This document shows, in pieces, positions 13,251-26,437 of a DNA stretch of 53,565 nt (positions are counted from its first letter, which is position 1; every line of letters starts with the position of its first letter). This DNA comes from Paraglomus brasilianum (taxonomy: Eukaryota): contig CAJVPI010000104.1 of assembly GCA_910592345.1 (NCBI GenBank), positions 1-53,565 on the forward strand, written 5' to 3'. Both the position numbers and the translations under genes were made by a program. The notes beneath the pieces were generated by a model. It saw only the letters and a list, made by a program, of their open reading frames with translations. It was not told where the DNA came from and did no database searches.

Positions 13251-15480
13251 GGACCCATCTCAAAGACAAGGATTTGTTAAAGCGGCTAAGAAATATAAAG
13301 AAAGAATTGCAATAAAAATAAACAGCTTGATAACAAGCCTACTTTATTGTGATCTGGATCATAAATTTAGTGACGTGTGGTCTGGATATATGTATTATTG
13401 AAAGGGCAAAGAAAAAAAAATTGTTCTTTAACCTATGGGTCCGTTTTCTTTATAAGTTTTTTATTTTTAAAGTTTAATACATGATTGCAATCAGTTGTGT
13501 AAGATGCTTAATTTAATTTAATAAAGGTATTCAAATAGTTTGTATTTCAACCTATTACTATTTGCTGAGGAAGAATTTTCGCAATATAGTACAATACCGT
13601 GTTTTTGTAAGAAAGATAACAATGCTCAATATAATTGCCAACGATGATCGTTTGGTTAAATCCAGTTAGCGTAGAATTTGCTTCAATCTTTTTCTTAGGC
13701 CTGCATTAACTGATGGCGTCTTCTGTGTGAATTTTGAGTAAAGTAACTAAATCGATAATAAATTACCTTGGTACTTGTTAAAGCATTTAAAAATATTACA
13801 TGTGTGTTCAAGTCTGTCACTCTGGGGAATAGTCTTTATTATTTAGTAATGTCATTTCACCATACCAATCGTTTTCCATGCGGTAAGCGTTTTTGGTGCA
13901 GACATCCTAAATGAAATCTCATTTGAAACAAATGTTTATCCATGAAGTTTTTGACTATAAATTTACTACATATTGCTTAATTTGCCAACAGCTTCATAAA
14001 CCTTAACATAATTGCTCTCACGAGTACCCACCAAATTATGTTTACTAAAATTGATAACTAAGATACTCCCATACTTTATTTAATAAGTAAGTGCTGGTTT
14101 AATTTTAGGTAAACATCGTATCCATTGGCTATACTCAAGACACAACGTTTTTTTATTCCTATTATGTAATTCCTACACACATTGTCTAATTCTACTCTAC
14201 ATTTGGCAAGCCGTCTATTTCTGAATGAGAATAACCAAGTTATAATTTATATAATTCTCAAATTTTTAATATCATGAGATGATGGGGTTTTTATTGCCAA
14301 AATTGATTGACATAATAAAAGCGTATATAATAATAGTGAAGGATATTGTTTAAGTGAATAATTTGGTGGTGTGTAAGCTATGAGCAAATAAATGCTGTAC
14401 TGTAATCAATATTAAACGTAATCAAGAATCAATATTTTTCTTTGAAGTAAGCTGCCCCATTTTGCTGCGTTAGGACTGTTTGCATTTTAACTGTTGTGGC
14501 ATCGGAATAAACATAACAGCAAACCATGCAAACTTCTGGCCGATATATCTAAAGGCATTCAATAATATGGGTTGTTTTGTTGTTTGAAAAATTTTTATTG
14601 TCTTGTATTCTAAAATGACTTGATATGTCTATATATAGTACCGTTAATATATAGACAAAATACAGTCTCCCAAAAAGTAACGGTAGGATTTTTTTTTCTG
14701 AATAACATAAACAGACATAATAACTATACTATACCAAAAGTTTTAAAAGCGTATTACATTTTAATCTTTTCAGAATACAAACCTACGCTCACAAATATTT
14801 GGAATTAAAGCTATCTAATGACGTTATATTACTAAAATTCAATTAGTGAAACAAAATGTTAAAATATTTCTAATGTTTTAATTCCAAAGAAAAGTTGCTA
14901 TTAACAACCTTTACGAGCTCGATTATTTAAGAAACACGCCGCACCGAATATTACGCTACTTTTATCTAGTAACATTAAAGTAATTAGTACAGATTTTAAA
15001 CCCCGCTATTTATCTGTGTAACAATTATGTCAGCACGGTTTGAATTTCTCCAGAAAACAGAAACAGCATACACTACATATTTGAACAGCACGCCATGTGG
15101 TGTGGTAATAGCAAAAAGGTTGTGAAGACGGTTTCTTCACGTGTTCACCAGCAGATCGGCCAATACCGTTCCATAATGTGGAAAAATAGAAAACCTAAAA
15201 TAGTTGTCATAATAAGGTTCGACTTAAGGACTAGCGTACTTTTGATTGCCCAGATCTGATAACGACTATGTAAATGGCAATTCAAGCTTACTGCACGTTG
15301 GATCGGTATTCGTCAACCGCACTAGTATTAAACAAGTTCTGGTATCGGTTCATGACTGACATAACTGGGTTCATACCGTGTTGCCAATTAACACACTACG
15401 TTCGTCCAAATGCTACATAAATACTGTTCCATCACCTGCACCTATGCTTCGCATTAATAATACATCTTTTGCTATCTAAC

Positions 15481-18239
15481 ATGTCAGACAAAGATTCATC
15501 CTCGATTGCTAGTGACGTTCTCATCGTAGAAGATAAGCATTTACGTGTGCTCTCTTCTCTGTGCAGCACATACGTCGGGAAATTGGAAGAGGACGAATTA
15601 GACATTCTCTCAACCACTGACAGCAAAGTACTCACTACGAATAACGCCGACGTCCAGGAATTTGGCAAATACGATCTCGGCAATGATGAAGAATTTATCG
15701 AAAAACTCGTCATTCGCATAAACACTGTTGTCAGACCAAAGAAAGTCGCAGAATTAAAGAAGCTACTACGCAATCTATCGAAACCAAGAACTGCTCGCAT
15801 ATTAACGGGATTTGGCAAACCATTTTACGAACTTACCCAGAAACAACGAGAAGCTGTACTTAAAAGATGGGCAACTAGCACATTCGTGATTGAACGACAA
15901 GCATTTCGCACATTCCTTCTACTCATATGTAGCGCATTTTGGCTAAATGCTCAGAAATTCTATCCTGCAATCGGATATCCTGGACCCGACCCTGACGCTA
16001 ACTATATAAATTATGACGAACGAACTTCCCCCGAATTCAAATTTATCGAAGTCCCACACGAAGGTCTCGACCTACCACGCGAAGGTGAGAATGAAATTGA
16101 CGTCGTCATTATTGGGTCGGGTGCCGGCGGCGGAGTCGCTGCGGCAGAATTGGCAAAAGCCGGTTATAAGGTCCTCATTCTCGAAAAGGGTAAATACTAC
16201 CAACCAAAAGATCTCACTCTCGAGCAGATGGATGCCGTAAACGCTTTATATGAACAGAGTGCATGGCTTTCGTCAGAAGATGGAAGCGTGAGTTATTTGG
16301 CTGGCTCCACTTTTGGCGGGGGGACGACAATTAACTGGTCGGCATGTTTGAAGGTAAAGTAGTGGTTTCCGTTTGATCGTCGAATTCAGGCTTTTTTATT
16401 TGATGACAATGCGCTCTTCCACTTTCTATTAGCCGCAATATTTTGTTCGCGAAGAATGGGCAAGTAAGGGACTAGCCTATTTTTTAACAGACGAGTATCG
16501 TAAGTCTATGAACATGGTTTTATCCAGGCTTGGAGTGACAAGTAGAAACATAGTTCATAATAGCAGCAACAAGATTCTCGTTGATGGTTGTAAAAAACTT
16601 GGTTATCCTTGTGAGCATGTTCCCCAAAATTCCGCTGATCGCCCCCATCAGTGCGGTTGGTGTGGGTTTGGCTGCAAGTACGGTGAAAAACAGGGTTCTG
16701 TACAAACGTGGTTGCAAGATGCAAGGGATCATGGGGCTCGGTTTGTGCAAGACTGTTTTGTTCAGAAAATTCTTGTTGAGAAAGGCAAGGACAAATCAGA
16801 AGTATATGGTGTTCAAGCGGTAGTGTGTGGGAGCCGTACATTGCGCGTGCATTGTAAGAAAGTAATTGTTGCTGCTGGTGCTATCCACAGCCCAGCATTG
16901 TTGCTCAGAAGTGGATTGAAGAATCGCAACATAGGAAGGAACTTTTTCTGCCATCCTACTGCTTGTGTTTATGGTGTCTTCCCTGGAAAAGAGATAAAGA
17001 CTTATACTGGAACTATTCTCACTACAGTAGGTATATTTACAATGCAGAATAGAGTTGTTGTACCTCAGTTGGGGACCTGTCTCAGTTCTGGACCGAGACG
17101 GGTCCCAAACTCAGACACAACAGACTTTCGTCAAACTATTTTGCCAAAACATCAACTAATCTCTTTTATAATTTCTAGGTTTCGGGCGTTGTTGAGAACG
17201 CTGATGGAAACCATTATGGAGCCAAAATTGAGGTTGGCAGTCTCCATCCGGCATTTTTATCCGTCAGCCTTCCATGGAGATCTTCGTTACAACACAAGCA
17301 ATTCATGACCGAGTATAATCACATAGTTCCACTTATTGTCATCGTACGAGACAGGGATGGCGGTAAGATTGTATGTGATGCGGATGACATGCCAGCCATC
17401 CAATATACTCTCTCACAACATGATGCTAAAAGCATGACAGAAGGAGTTGTAGCTGCTCTAAAGATTCTTGTGGCTGCTGGAGCATCAAAAATTGGCACTT
17501 GCCAAAATAACATTGGAGAATTTCGACCGTCTGCAAAGGAGGCACTTAACGATCCAGAGTTCGTCAAGTATTTGGGCAAAGTCAGGAAGGCGGGATTTGT
17601 TGCCAACGCATGTAGTATCGGAAGTTCCCATCAAATGGGATCATGGTATGTTTCGATGGTGTTTCGGCAATGAGCCTCGTATACTGGCACGCTGAGTGTA
17701 AATAAAAATGTATATATATTAATATACTCTTTATTTGCCTCAGCGTATCATGATTGCTTTTCTAACTGAGTAAGTCGCTGAATGATTATAACTCTCAAAA
17801 CTGTCTATAGCCGAATGGGCGTGGATTCTATGACGTCGGTCGTCAATCCCGATGGACAGACTTGGGAAGTAGAGAATCTTTATGTGGCAGATGCGAGTGT
17901 GTTTCCTACTGCTGTTGGCATTAATCCAATGGTAAGAAATGTTTGATTATTCCAAAAATCGCAAACACGAGAGAAATTCATACGTACTTACCATAGTTAT
18001 TTGTCCTTTTCGTTAAGATTACCATAATGAGCAGTGCATATTATATTGCAAAGCATATCATCAATGGAAGCTCTTCACAGGTACGTTGAGATGAGTATGT
18101 GTATATTTTCAGTTTAATGTCAGCGAGTTATCAACATGCATAACTTTTTATTATTTAGGTGAAATCCACAATAACCCCTCGAGGCGAGAAGAGAAGGTCA
18201 TATAGTATGCGCATCGCAAATAGAACCTTTACCTTTTAA
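15481..18239 (+). CDS. Long-chain fatty alcohol oxidase/dehydrogenase (GMC oxidoreductase)
   Basis: Exons 15481-16353, 16433-17026, 17179-17645, 17811-17931, 18018-18080 and 18159-18239. Motifs are FAD-binding DVVIIGSGAGGGV, LAGSTFGGGTTINWSAC, CGWCGFGC, SSHQMGSCRMG and NLYVADASVFPTAVGINPMITI. Confidence 0.93.
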
Positions 18240-18926
18240 AGGAATAGGCATCTCTCTATCTTTGGAATCATATTGTCCATAATGTAATCTTGTACCAAAT
18301 ATTATTTATATTTCAGAGGAAAGGAATAATTGATGTATGTTAATTATATTAATAGGGTACTAAACATAAATTTAACACTTATACTAATTTCGAGGCAATT
18401 ACATAATAAAAGGAATCCGGAAACTTTTGATTGGAAATTATGCTTAAGCTTGTCCCCATATTGACTATCCGTATATGATGAAGATAAAATCACGCGCTCA
18501 CAAGGCCAATTTCGATACATGATCTTCCTACAGCATCCGGGTGGGAGAAATTAGGCATTATCGCGACTTGGCAAATGAGTAACGCGCTCGGACTTTCTTA
18601 TCAACAATGGCGTAATTTGATACATGTCACGTTACTGCTAATATAATAATAATAAGTTTGTTTACTCTATTCTCTAACCCCATTGGTTAGTTTCGGCTCA
18701 GCCGTGCCGGATTTCAGCATCAGCCGCGACATTTCTTATTACAGTATTTATTACCATGCCCAAAATCAGAAAAGCGCATAACGAAACGATAATAATAATA
18801 ACATTATTATTATTATAATTAGCAAACTTCGGACTTTTGTGTTACACACTATGTTAATTGAATTGTTGCCAATTTACGCGTTGCATAACTACTCTCTCAA
18901 TACAACTTGCCAATACTTGATAAAAC

Positions 18927-20035
18927 ATGACTAATGGTCCTCTACAACCTCTTTGTCGCGGTGCATTTATCCTCCTCGAGGGATGCGATCGAGCCGGGAA
19001 AAGCACGCAAGCTGCAAAACTTGTTCGAAAGCTAAAAGCTCGAGGATTCCTAGTTGAGCACATGAGATTTCCTGGTAGGAATTTTGTCAACTAATTACTA
19101 TAATGGTGAAGACTCGAGAGTCTGAGAAAGCATAATTTGTATAAAAAAGATAGGACAACGCCAATCGGAAACATGATAGACGCGTATCTAAAGTCGACAA
19201 AGGAATTGGATGACCATGCTGTACATTTGTTATTTTCGGCAAATAGATGGGAGTGCATGTAAGATTAAAGACTGTTATAACATACGTCATTCAGACTTGT
19301 TTTTTTATTATCGCTTTCGAATTATATCTTGTTCACGAACTGAGCAGTCTTTTTATTATAACTTTAGGGCAAAAATGAAAAAGCTTTTGTCAAGGTAAAA
19401 ACCCGAGTTCTATTTACTTCTCGATCTGCTCTTCTAAACCAGTTTGCTCTGCCAGTGGTACATCAATAGTTGTAGAAAGATATGCTTATTCCGGTGTTAC
19501 ATTTTCGGCAGCTAAGGTATGCTCTATCATCTTGTTGTATTCGTTCAATTACTCCTCTTCTGTCCAGTTCATCATTTATCAATCTTACTTTTATCGACTT
19601 TACATCATAAACCGTCAAAAGGGTCTAGAACTTGCTTGGTGTAAATCACCAGATATAGGTCTCCTTGCTCCAGACGTCACACTTTTTCTAGATTTACCCA
19701 TCTGTGAGGCAGGAAAAAGAGAAGGCTTTGGAGAAGAAAGGTACGAGAATGAAGATTTCCAAAGGAATGTTAGAGGTCTATTTCTGGATATGAAGCACGA
19801 TATGACAGTAGGTGATATTCAAAATTGTAAGGGCGGGAGGAATACCGGCGTGTAATCAGAGAAACAAACAGCTTTGAAAAGTACATATTTATTTATAAGA
19901 AAATATCATGATTAGATTATAGACGCTCGGAAGACTATAGATGAGATCCATGGAGAACTTGTGGCAAGTGCTATTGAAACTATTAAAAAATGCGCCACCT
20001 TGCCGCTCAAAGACCTGTGGAAGCCTAATGACTAA
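18927..20035 (+). CDS. CDC8: Thymidylate kinase (dTMP kinase)
   Basis: Exons 18927-19074, 19150-19258, 19368-19394, 19456-19516, 19622-19807 and 19916-20035. Motifs are [18 protein letters not shown] (P-loop), [28 protein letters not shown] and GFGEERYE. Confidence 0.93.
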
Positions 20036-20321
20036 GTACAAAGGAATATATAAAAGGAACGATGGTAGAAGAGCGGGGGGCGACTTAATAGCCCAGAGGC
20101 AACATAAAATGATGCCCAGTCAATACAGTACAAAAAATCCGGTTATACAAAACCTCAAGAACATTACATAAAACACTGATAAATATTATATCCGAAGAAT
20201 AATGATTACTGCAAACAGTCTATGGTATCAAATTCCAAACATTAAAATATGAATTGAGCCAAACAGTTAAAAATGTCTATAACGGCAAAAATATCAAATA
20301 CAGAACCACTTTTTTCCCCGC

Positions 20322-22253
20322 TTATCTCAAACTCGACGTGTAAGTACCCAATCTTTCAGCAACTGCTTTTGGATTCAGCTCTTCATCCCCCAGCGCATGC
20401 ACTCGCATACTTTTCTTCGTAATAGCGTTAATATCAGGTCTCAAGTCCTCCCATGCTTTGAGTTGCTGTTTCTCATATAGAATCTGTTTCCTTGTAAACT
20501 CTTTAAACACGCTGAGGAAATCTTGTGTGCGATTTTCTTCATAAATAGTGAGCTCATTGTGGAGATTTTTGGTCACGTGTATTAAGCGAGCACCGAGATT
20601 TTCCTCGTACGATTTAGCCTGTATGGGAAAGTAGCGAAAATTAAGACATATGTAAATAGGAAACAATTTCGTTGCACGACAAACGTGATCCCAAAGATAC
20701 TATACGTATTCCAAATCTTCCAAGGCTTCGTCGACTCGCTCAGGTTTGATAGAAGTTGATGCCTTTAAACGCTCAATATATCGACGTTTACTTATGGTAT
20801 TTTTCTTTGCAGTTTCATACTCGGTCGTTATACGTATACGATTTGAGAGCGTTTCCTGTAATGATATTACAATTAACATACATGTGATGAATCGAGTACA
20901 GGAACAAGCTAATGCTCGTCAAGTATAGTAACTTATTCCTATATATTATATGTACCTTCACAACACGGGCATTAATCGCGTAGTATGTAAAGAAATCACC
21001 TAAAATTGCAACCTCCACAGATGCTTGTGTATGTTGCAGTTCAGCAATTGATTGAAGCATTTTACCGAGCTTACGGAATCCGCTGGAATAAACAAATATT
21101 TTCTCATTAAACAAGGCAATACCAGCGGTTGCGAACATTGATTGTGCGCATTGAACATACCTTGAAAGTGGTGGGTGTTGCTCTGATGTCGCGAACGTGA
21201 TAGCTTTCATGCCCAAATCAGTATTGCACACAGCCATAGCTACGGAAAATCATGCAAAGGTGTTAATCGTTAGTATGGTAGATATAACCCTAACAACAAT
21301 CACCAAAGCATTTACAATCGTCTCTTCGCTAGCGTCAATCTACACACATTTGCGGGATTTGGCTAGCTTTTGTACAGCCTTTGTGCTCTCAAGCATATAA
21401 CCTTCCAACACCGTAGCGACTGCCTTAGCATTAGTCAATACATGGTCATCGTCTTGTGCAGTGCGCGAGGAGAATTTTAGTCTGAATCCGCTCGATCTCT
21501 TACGCGGCTTACTTGTGGGAATAAACTACATTTAAAGAAAAATAGTTAGCTATCGAATCAGGCTATCCAATACACTCATTTGTGCACATTATTACGCCCA
21601 TCGATTACACCCGCATACACTCAATGCATAATAGCCTATAATATATTTTCGCAATGCTACACTAATAGGCGCCTTTAAGGCTCTCTCGGATTCATACCGT
21701 AAAGCTACTCTCGACAAATGATCTCAATTCCTCATCGTGTCTTAAGACGGGATTCGATGCTATCCTGTTTAACCATTGCTGCACCGAACGCTTCACTCTC
21801 CGTTCATCCTCATCGGATGCTGCAAAACTGCTTGCAGGCGAAGGTAGCGCCAGCACTATACATTCCGGATTAGCGTATGTCATCGAATCGTATAATCTCT
21901 CAAACTCGGTATATGCCCTCTCTATAAGTTGATATGTTTTCTGCTTAAACTTGGGCATATTCGTCTATAAAATTAGATTTCATAATTATTAATAAAGGAA
22001 TCTATCGGGGAAAAAAAGTCTCGTGCGGGGACGAATGCAGTCCACATACAGCAGCTTTCAGCTTAAAGATAGGGTCACGCTTAGTTCTGTCAAGCGAAGT
22101 GACAGTAATACGTAGGTATTCATCTTCTTGTTGAGCAGGAGGTGTAGCGTCCTTTTTTATTGGTTTTGTTCTGGGTATCTTCTGCGAGATTATTGAATCT
22201 TGACGGTTCTGGCTGGCTGTATTGTTGATAAAGGGTTCTTCCACCACTACCAT
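20322..22253 (-). CDS. VPS17: Retromer PX-BAR sorting nexin, Vps17-like
   Basis: Exons 22253-22050, 21964-21698, 21525-21348, 21239-21161, 21082-20956, 20855-20706 and 20618-20322. The PX region TNMPKFK...RAYTEFERLYDSMTYANPECIVLALP is followed by a BAR/Vps5-type helical region (VKETLSNR...VDEALEDLEYA). Confidence 0.85.
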
Positions 22254-24616
22254 ATTCTTAATCTACTATGTCCCTTTGTTACGTTAGTACTGTATCCAAG
22301 AGAATTCCAGATACAGAGCAGCCAAGAAAAAAACTATATATCCATTCGGGCGATATGCAAATGTCACACGCTACATTGACCATGTGATCGCAGGAAAATT
22401 CTTTCTTTTAGAAATGGGTATGCTAAGATTGTGGGGGTAATGAGTTTATTGTAAAAGTCTTTATGGGCAAGGAGCAGCATCAAGGGATGCGTACGTTCGA
22501 ATTCTTATAACAATAAGGTTTGAAGGAATTTACTCAGAAATATTGTAACAGCTTAGTCTAGAGTGATAGGCTTACATATTAATATATAGTGTATAAAATG
22601 GTTTATGTATACATAGCATTTAATTCTTCATATAGAAGAAATACGTGCTTTCAGTTCTTAATTAGCGCGTATATATCTGATTATTTTGGTTAGTTTAGAT
22701 TTATAAGGTTGCGCCAATACATGTCTGAGGAGGATAATGAATAAAAGAATGATAGAATTTTAGTTTCTATTCAGATCTTTATAAGTTATTCCTTTTTCAG
22801 TTTTATGCCTGCAGCAGGCAATACTGAGAACGGTAGCATGAGAGAAACTATGACTTTTCGTCTTGTACAGTACTAACGGTTTATTAATAATTACCCAATA
22901 GAGCAATATTCAAAATTCTCATTGCTTAGACTGCTTTGTCAAGTGCGTCGTGTCATTGTATCACGTCATTACAGCGAGGTCGTATTTATCTACTTACGGC
23001 CATACCCTCCATCCCATTGTACACTTTCGGTAGAAACCATTATATTAATATAAGCAAAAGAATACAGGATGCTAATCTTGATATTACCCTATTTAAATGT
23101 TCCCACTTTTACTCTCCGACAAACAAGCGGGTAATTGAAAATCTCACTGAGATACTACAACTCCCTTTATTTTGTCAAATATAGCCAGAAAATGCTTTTT
23201 TTTAAAAAAAAAACGACAACATATTAAAGAACTTCTCTGTAGACATTTATATTCTTAAGAGCCAATGTATTGTGCTTATTGATAAATATGCAATACCTAT
23301 CGATTATCCTACTCTTACTACTTTATAGTATAAAGCAATAGGGCAATTAGAGAGATAAGAACTAAAATTATTAAAACTCAAAGAGGTTGAAGAAACCAAA
23401 ACAAATTATGAGGGTTTTCACGGCCTTTAATATAATTCTTTTTCCCAATTACTTTTTAATTATAAACAACGAGAAACAGAAACATTTGTTTTCCTAAGCT
23501 TTAATATCCTAAAATATCATTTGTTATTAAAATTTTTGACTTACATAGTCTTGTTGGGGGAAAAATCAATGTTTTTGCGATGGGGATGTCGCAATACTTA
23601 TTGCCGCGTGATAATGATTGATTTGTAGTTACACCAGAAATTAATATTTTAATTAGACGATGTAGATCATCATTCTATTAATTAATAAGGAAATTTTCCG
23701 AATATATTAATATGCTTTAAACAATGGCGCCTTAATATATTTCAATTACATTGAACAACTTGCGTCAATTGGAATTTAGATCAGATTGCAACCGCGTGTT
23801 TGACTCGACACATGTATGCTACGGTTTTGTTTGCATGCTGGCTTGTTCACTGAACTGTAATAAATTCAATTGCCACAATGTCTGTTTTTTTTAGTAGAAT
23901 CCCATATTAATATTACAAACCACATGCTTAAAGTAATCCATACCCCATATTGATAACGTATATGCAAGCTTTCAAGCATCAGGGTGTCGTACCATTTATA
24001 CAATCAAGTCTCTTGTTTTAAATTTAATGACAGACTTTATCTCAAGGGTTTCTTTATCAATTTAAATGGTAGCTATTATCGTAAGTTTACCATAAATAGC
24101 TAACGGACATTATGCCAGAGTATTATCTAGTGGATAGACAAAAGAATTACCCATGTAATTAAAAAGACCTTCCTTACTTTATTAAACGGTTTCACAATCC
24201 ATTACATTATATATTATTCGGGTAAGGCAAGAGTCCTTTCATCTTCGGTAACGCTTTGCAAAAATGCTGTTTTTAGACATCTGTATAGAGAGGTCTTTGA
24301 TTATCAATTGATAATGCATGCATGTTGCACGAATACGCAATAGGATTGGTCATTCGTATCACCTGACCGATAGAGGTAAATTCATCTCGCTAGAAAGTCA
24401 ATAATAGAATGTTGATAATGTGGTCGGTCAAAGAGACAGACTCGGTGGCAATAGAAGCATTTAAAGTCATAATAGCCATACTGCTTACAATAATAGCCAT
24501 CGTAGTAGGAATAAAGCTTGGTAAGGCAACGAGATCACAGCGCAGCAAGGTCTTTACAAGATAATGAAACTCACATTCGGCTTTCATGCATGCTAATATG
24601 ATCCTTTCATTTCTAG

Positions 24617-25035
24617 CCTGGCGTTTATTCTGGTACCTCTTCCTTGAGGACAACAACTTCTTCCGCGAACTAGCCGGCTTGCCCAAATATACAGCTGAGA
24701 GATCGTCCTCCCCTCCTCCTGCTAATGCCAGTCCTTTTCGATCTTTACCTGCTTCCCCCGTGCATTCTCGGAAGAACTCTCGGCACTTTTCCACGCACAG
24801 CACCTCATACAATAAAATTCCATTCGGTAACACTGGCGACTTTCGAGCAAAGCGTAAAGGATCGACTGCATCAAGTGTTGATTCAGCTGATATAGATAGT
24901 TATGCACATAGACGCAGTGCGAGTAGCGGCAGGTTATCATCTATCTACGGAGGCCGTGGGGTTAAGCATGCAAGGGGATTGAGTTATGCTGCAGGGGACA
25001 CGTTGAAATTTGAGGACAATTATTTGGAGGAGTAA
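24617..25035 (+). CDS. 3' exon of a small membrane protein resembling SMIM13/DUF4750, with a Ser/Arg-rich disordered tail; 5' exon(s) not located
   Basis: The acceptor TTTCTAG precedes WRLFWYLFLEDNNFFRELAGLP, which matches a WxxxWxLFLxxxxFxRELxG pattern I recall from SMIM13. The frame is open to TAA at 25035. Confidence 0.5.
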
Positions 25036-26437
25036 GGGCGGAGGGTAGTAATTATGCGATTTTTCAATTTAAGAAAAATTAAGCAGCAAACTCATCCTAC
25101 ACCTGGTGTGTACGTTACCGCCCTTCTCCCAACGCGCAAGAGAATTGAGCAGCATGAAGATTCTATTGCTAGCTCGATCGGGTCAATCCACTAGTAATGA
25201 TATGGAGTATTAACTGGCCTGATACGACGTCAGTACTCCCAACCGATGGACCAAGACGACGAACGAGTCTGTTTAATATTAGTTATTCGTCTGTCAGCAA
25301 TGTCAGTCAGCAAAAGTTTATCGCATCTAGATTTTGCATGTTGTGCGCGCAAACAGCTGACAACCTGATGCTTCTCTTCCTAGAAAAAAACTTTGAGCAA
25401 ACAATACCAATTTGGCAAGAAGACATGTAATCGAGCCTTACAGATAGATATTCCTCCATCAAAACTTAGATTTAGCTATACCATTCGTAATTCTGTAATT
25501 ATTCTTAATACGTTATTATTGGGCTTATTTAAATTACTACTTTGATCTACTTAAATTCAGCGACAAGAACGCATTAAATCTTTAGAGTCTGCTCTTTTTA
25601 TCTTAAATTATTTCTTAATACTTTGAATTCGTCTGGAAACATCGAGATCATATCCCTGACGCCGGGATGGTGAAATATTAAATAAACTTGATGCCCGGTT
25701 ATAATATAGACATAGTCTTTGAAGGGAAGTCAATGACCGATTATCTCATTATTGAGGTCAGATATATTCCTGGCACATTATTCAAGGAATACCAGAATGT
25801 ATGTCCGTAACAAGGCGTCTGTAGTATCGGGGCTGCTCTCTTCCCAGTCATTTTCATTTGCTTCACCAATTGTCTTCCGAACTATTCATTGAGGATGACG
25901 TTCGACATTTTACCTATCCTCTTTAAATGTTAATCAACATCAATAAATTAGACAATCTGCACAAAAACTCTTCTGTTTACTGATAGAATGTTTCCATTAT
26001 CAGCATTGCATTATACCTTCACAGAATGTGAGACCTCGATCATTTATTAATATGTCCCTATAAAAGTAGTCGTAGTGTACTTTCTCATGGTTAGAGCCAC
26101 ATCTAAATTAGCTATCTTGCATATTAACAATTGATAATCAATCTAATCTAAAGAAAACATGACTATATTGGTGTGTAAAAAATGTCCTTTCACTACGCAT
26201 TTTTGTCGGATAGACCAATTCTTATAGATGGACATTAACTATACTCAAGCGACATACAGTGTGAATTCCATGTCGCGCGTGGGATTCTTTTGTGTAATTT
26301 TAAGCATTTGAGTGATGCGCGTAATACGTAATAATTATAATCGCTTTCTGTTCCCATACTAAAACATGCGATATTGTTATATAAACTCCGTGCATCCAGA
26401 CAAACACAATCGTACAGTTGAGCCTCAACTACTTTGA

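Noticed and set aside
13400..14800. AT-rich, CpG-poor stretch that may be a decayed element
   Set aside because: The translations I examined are full of stops and show no recognisable motif.
24390..24940. Minus-strand ORFs of 147 and 72 aa
   Set aside because: They are antisense to the better-supported plus-strand exon.
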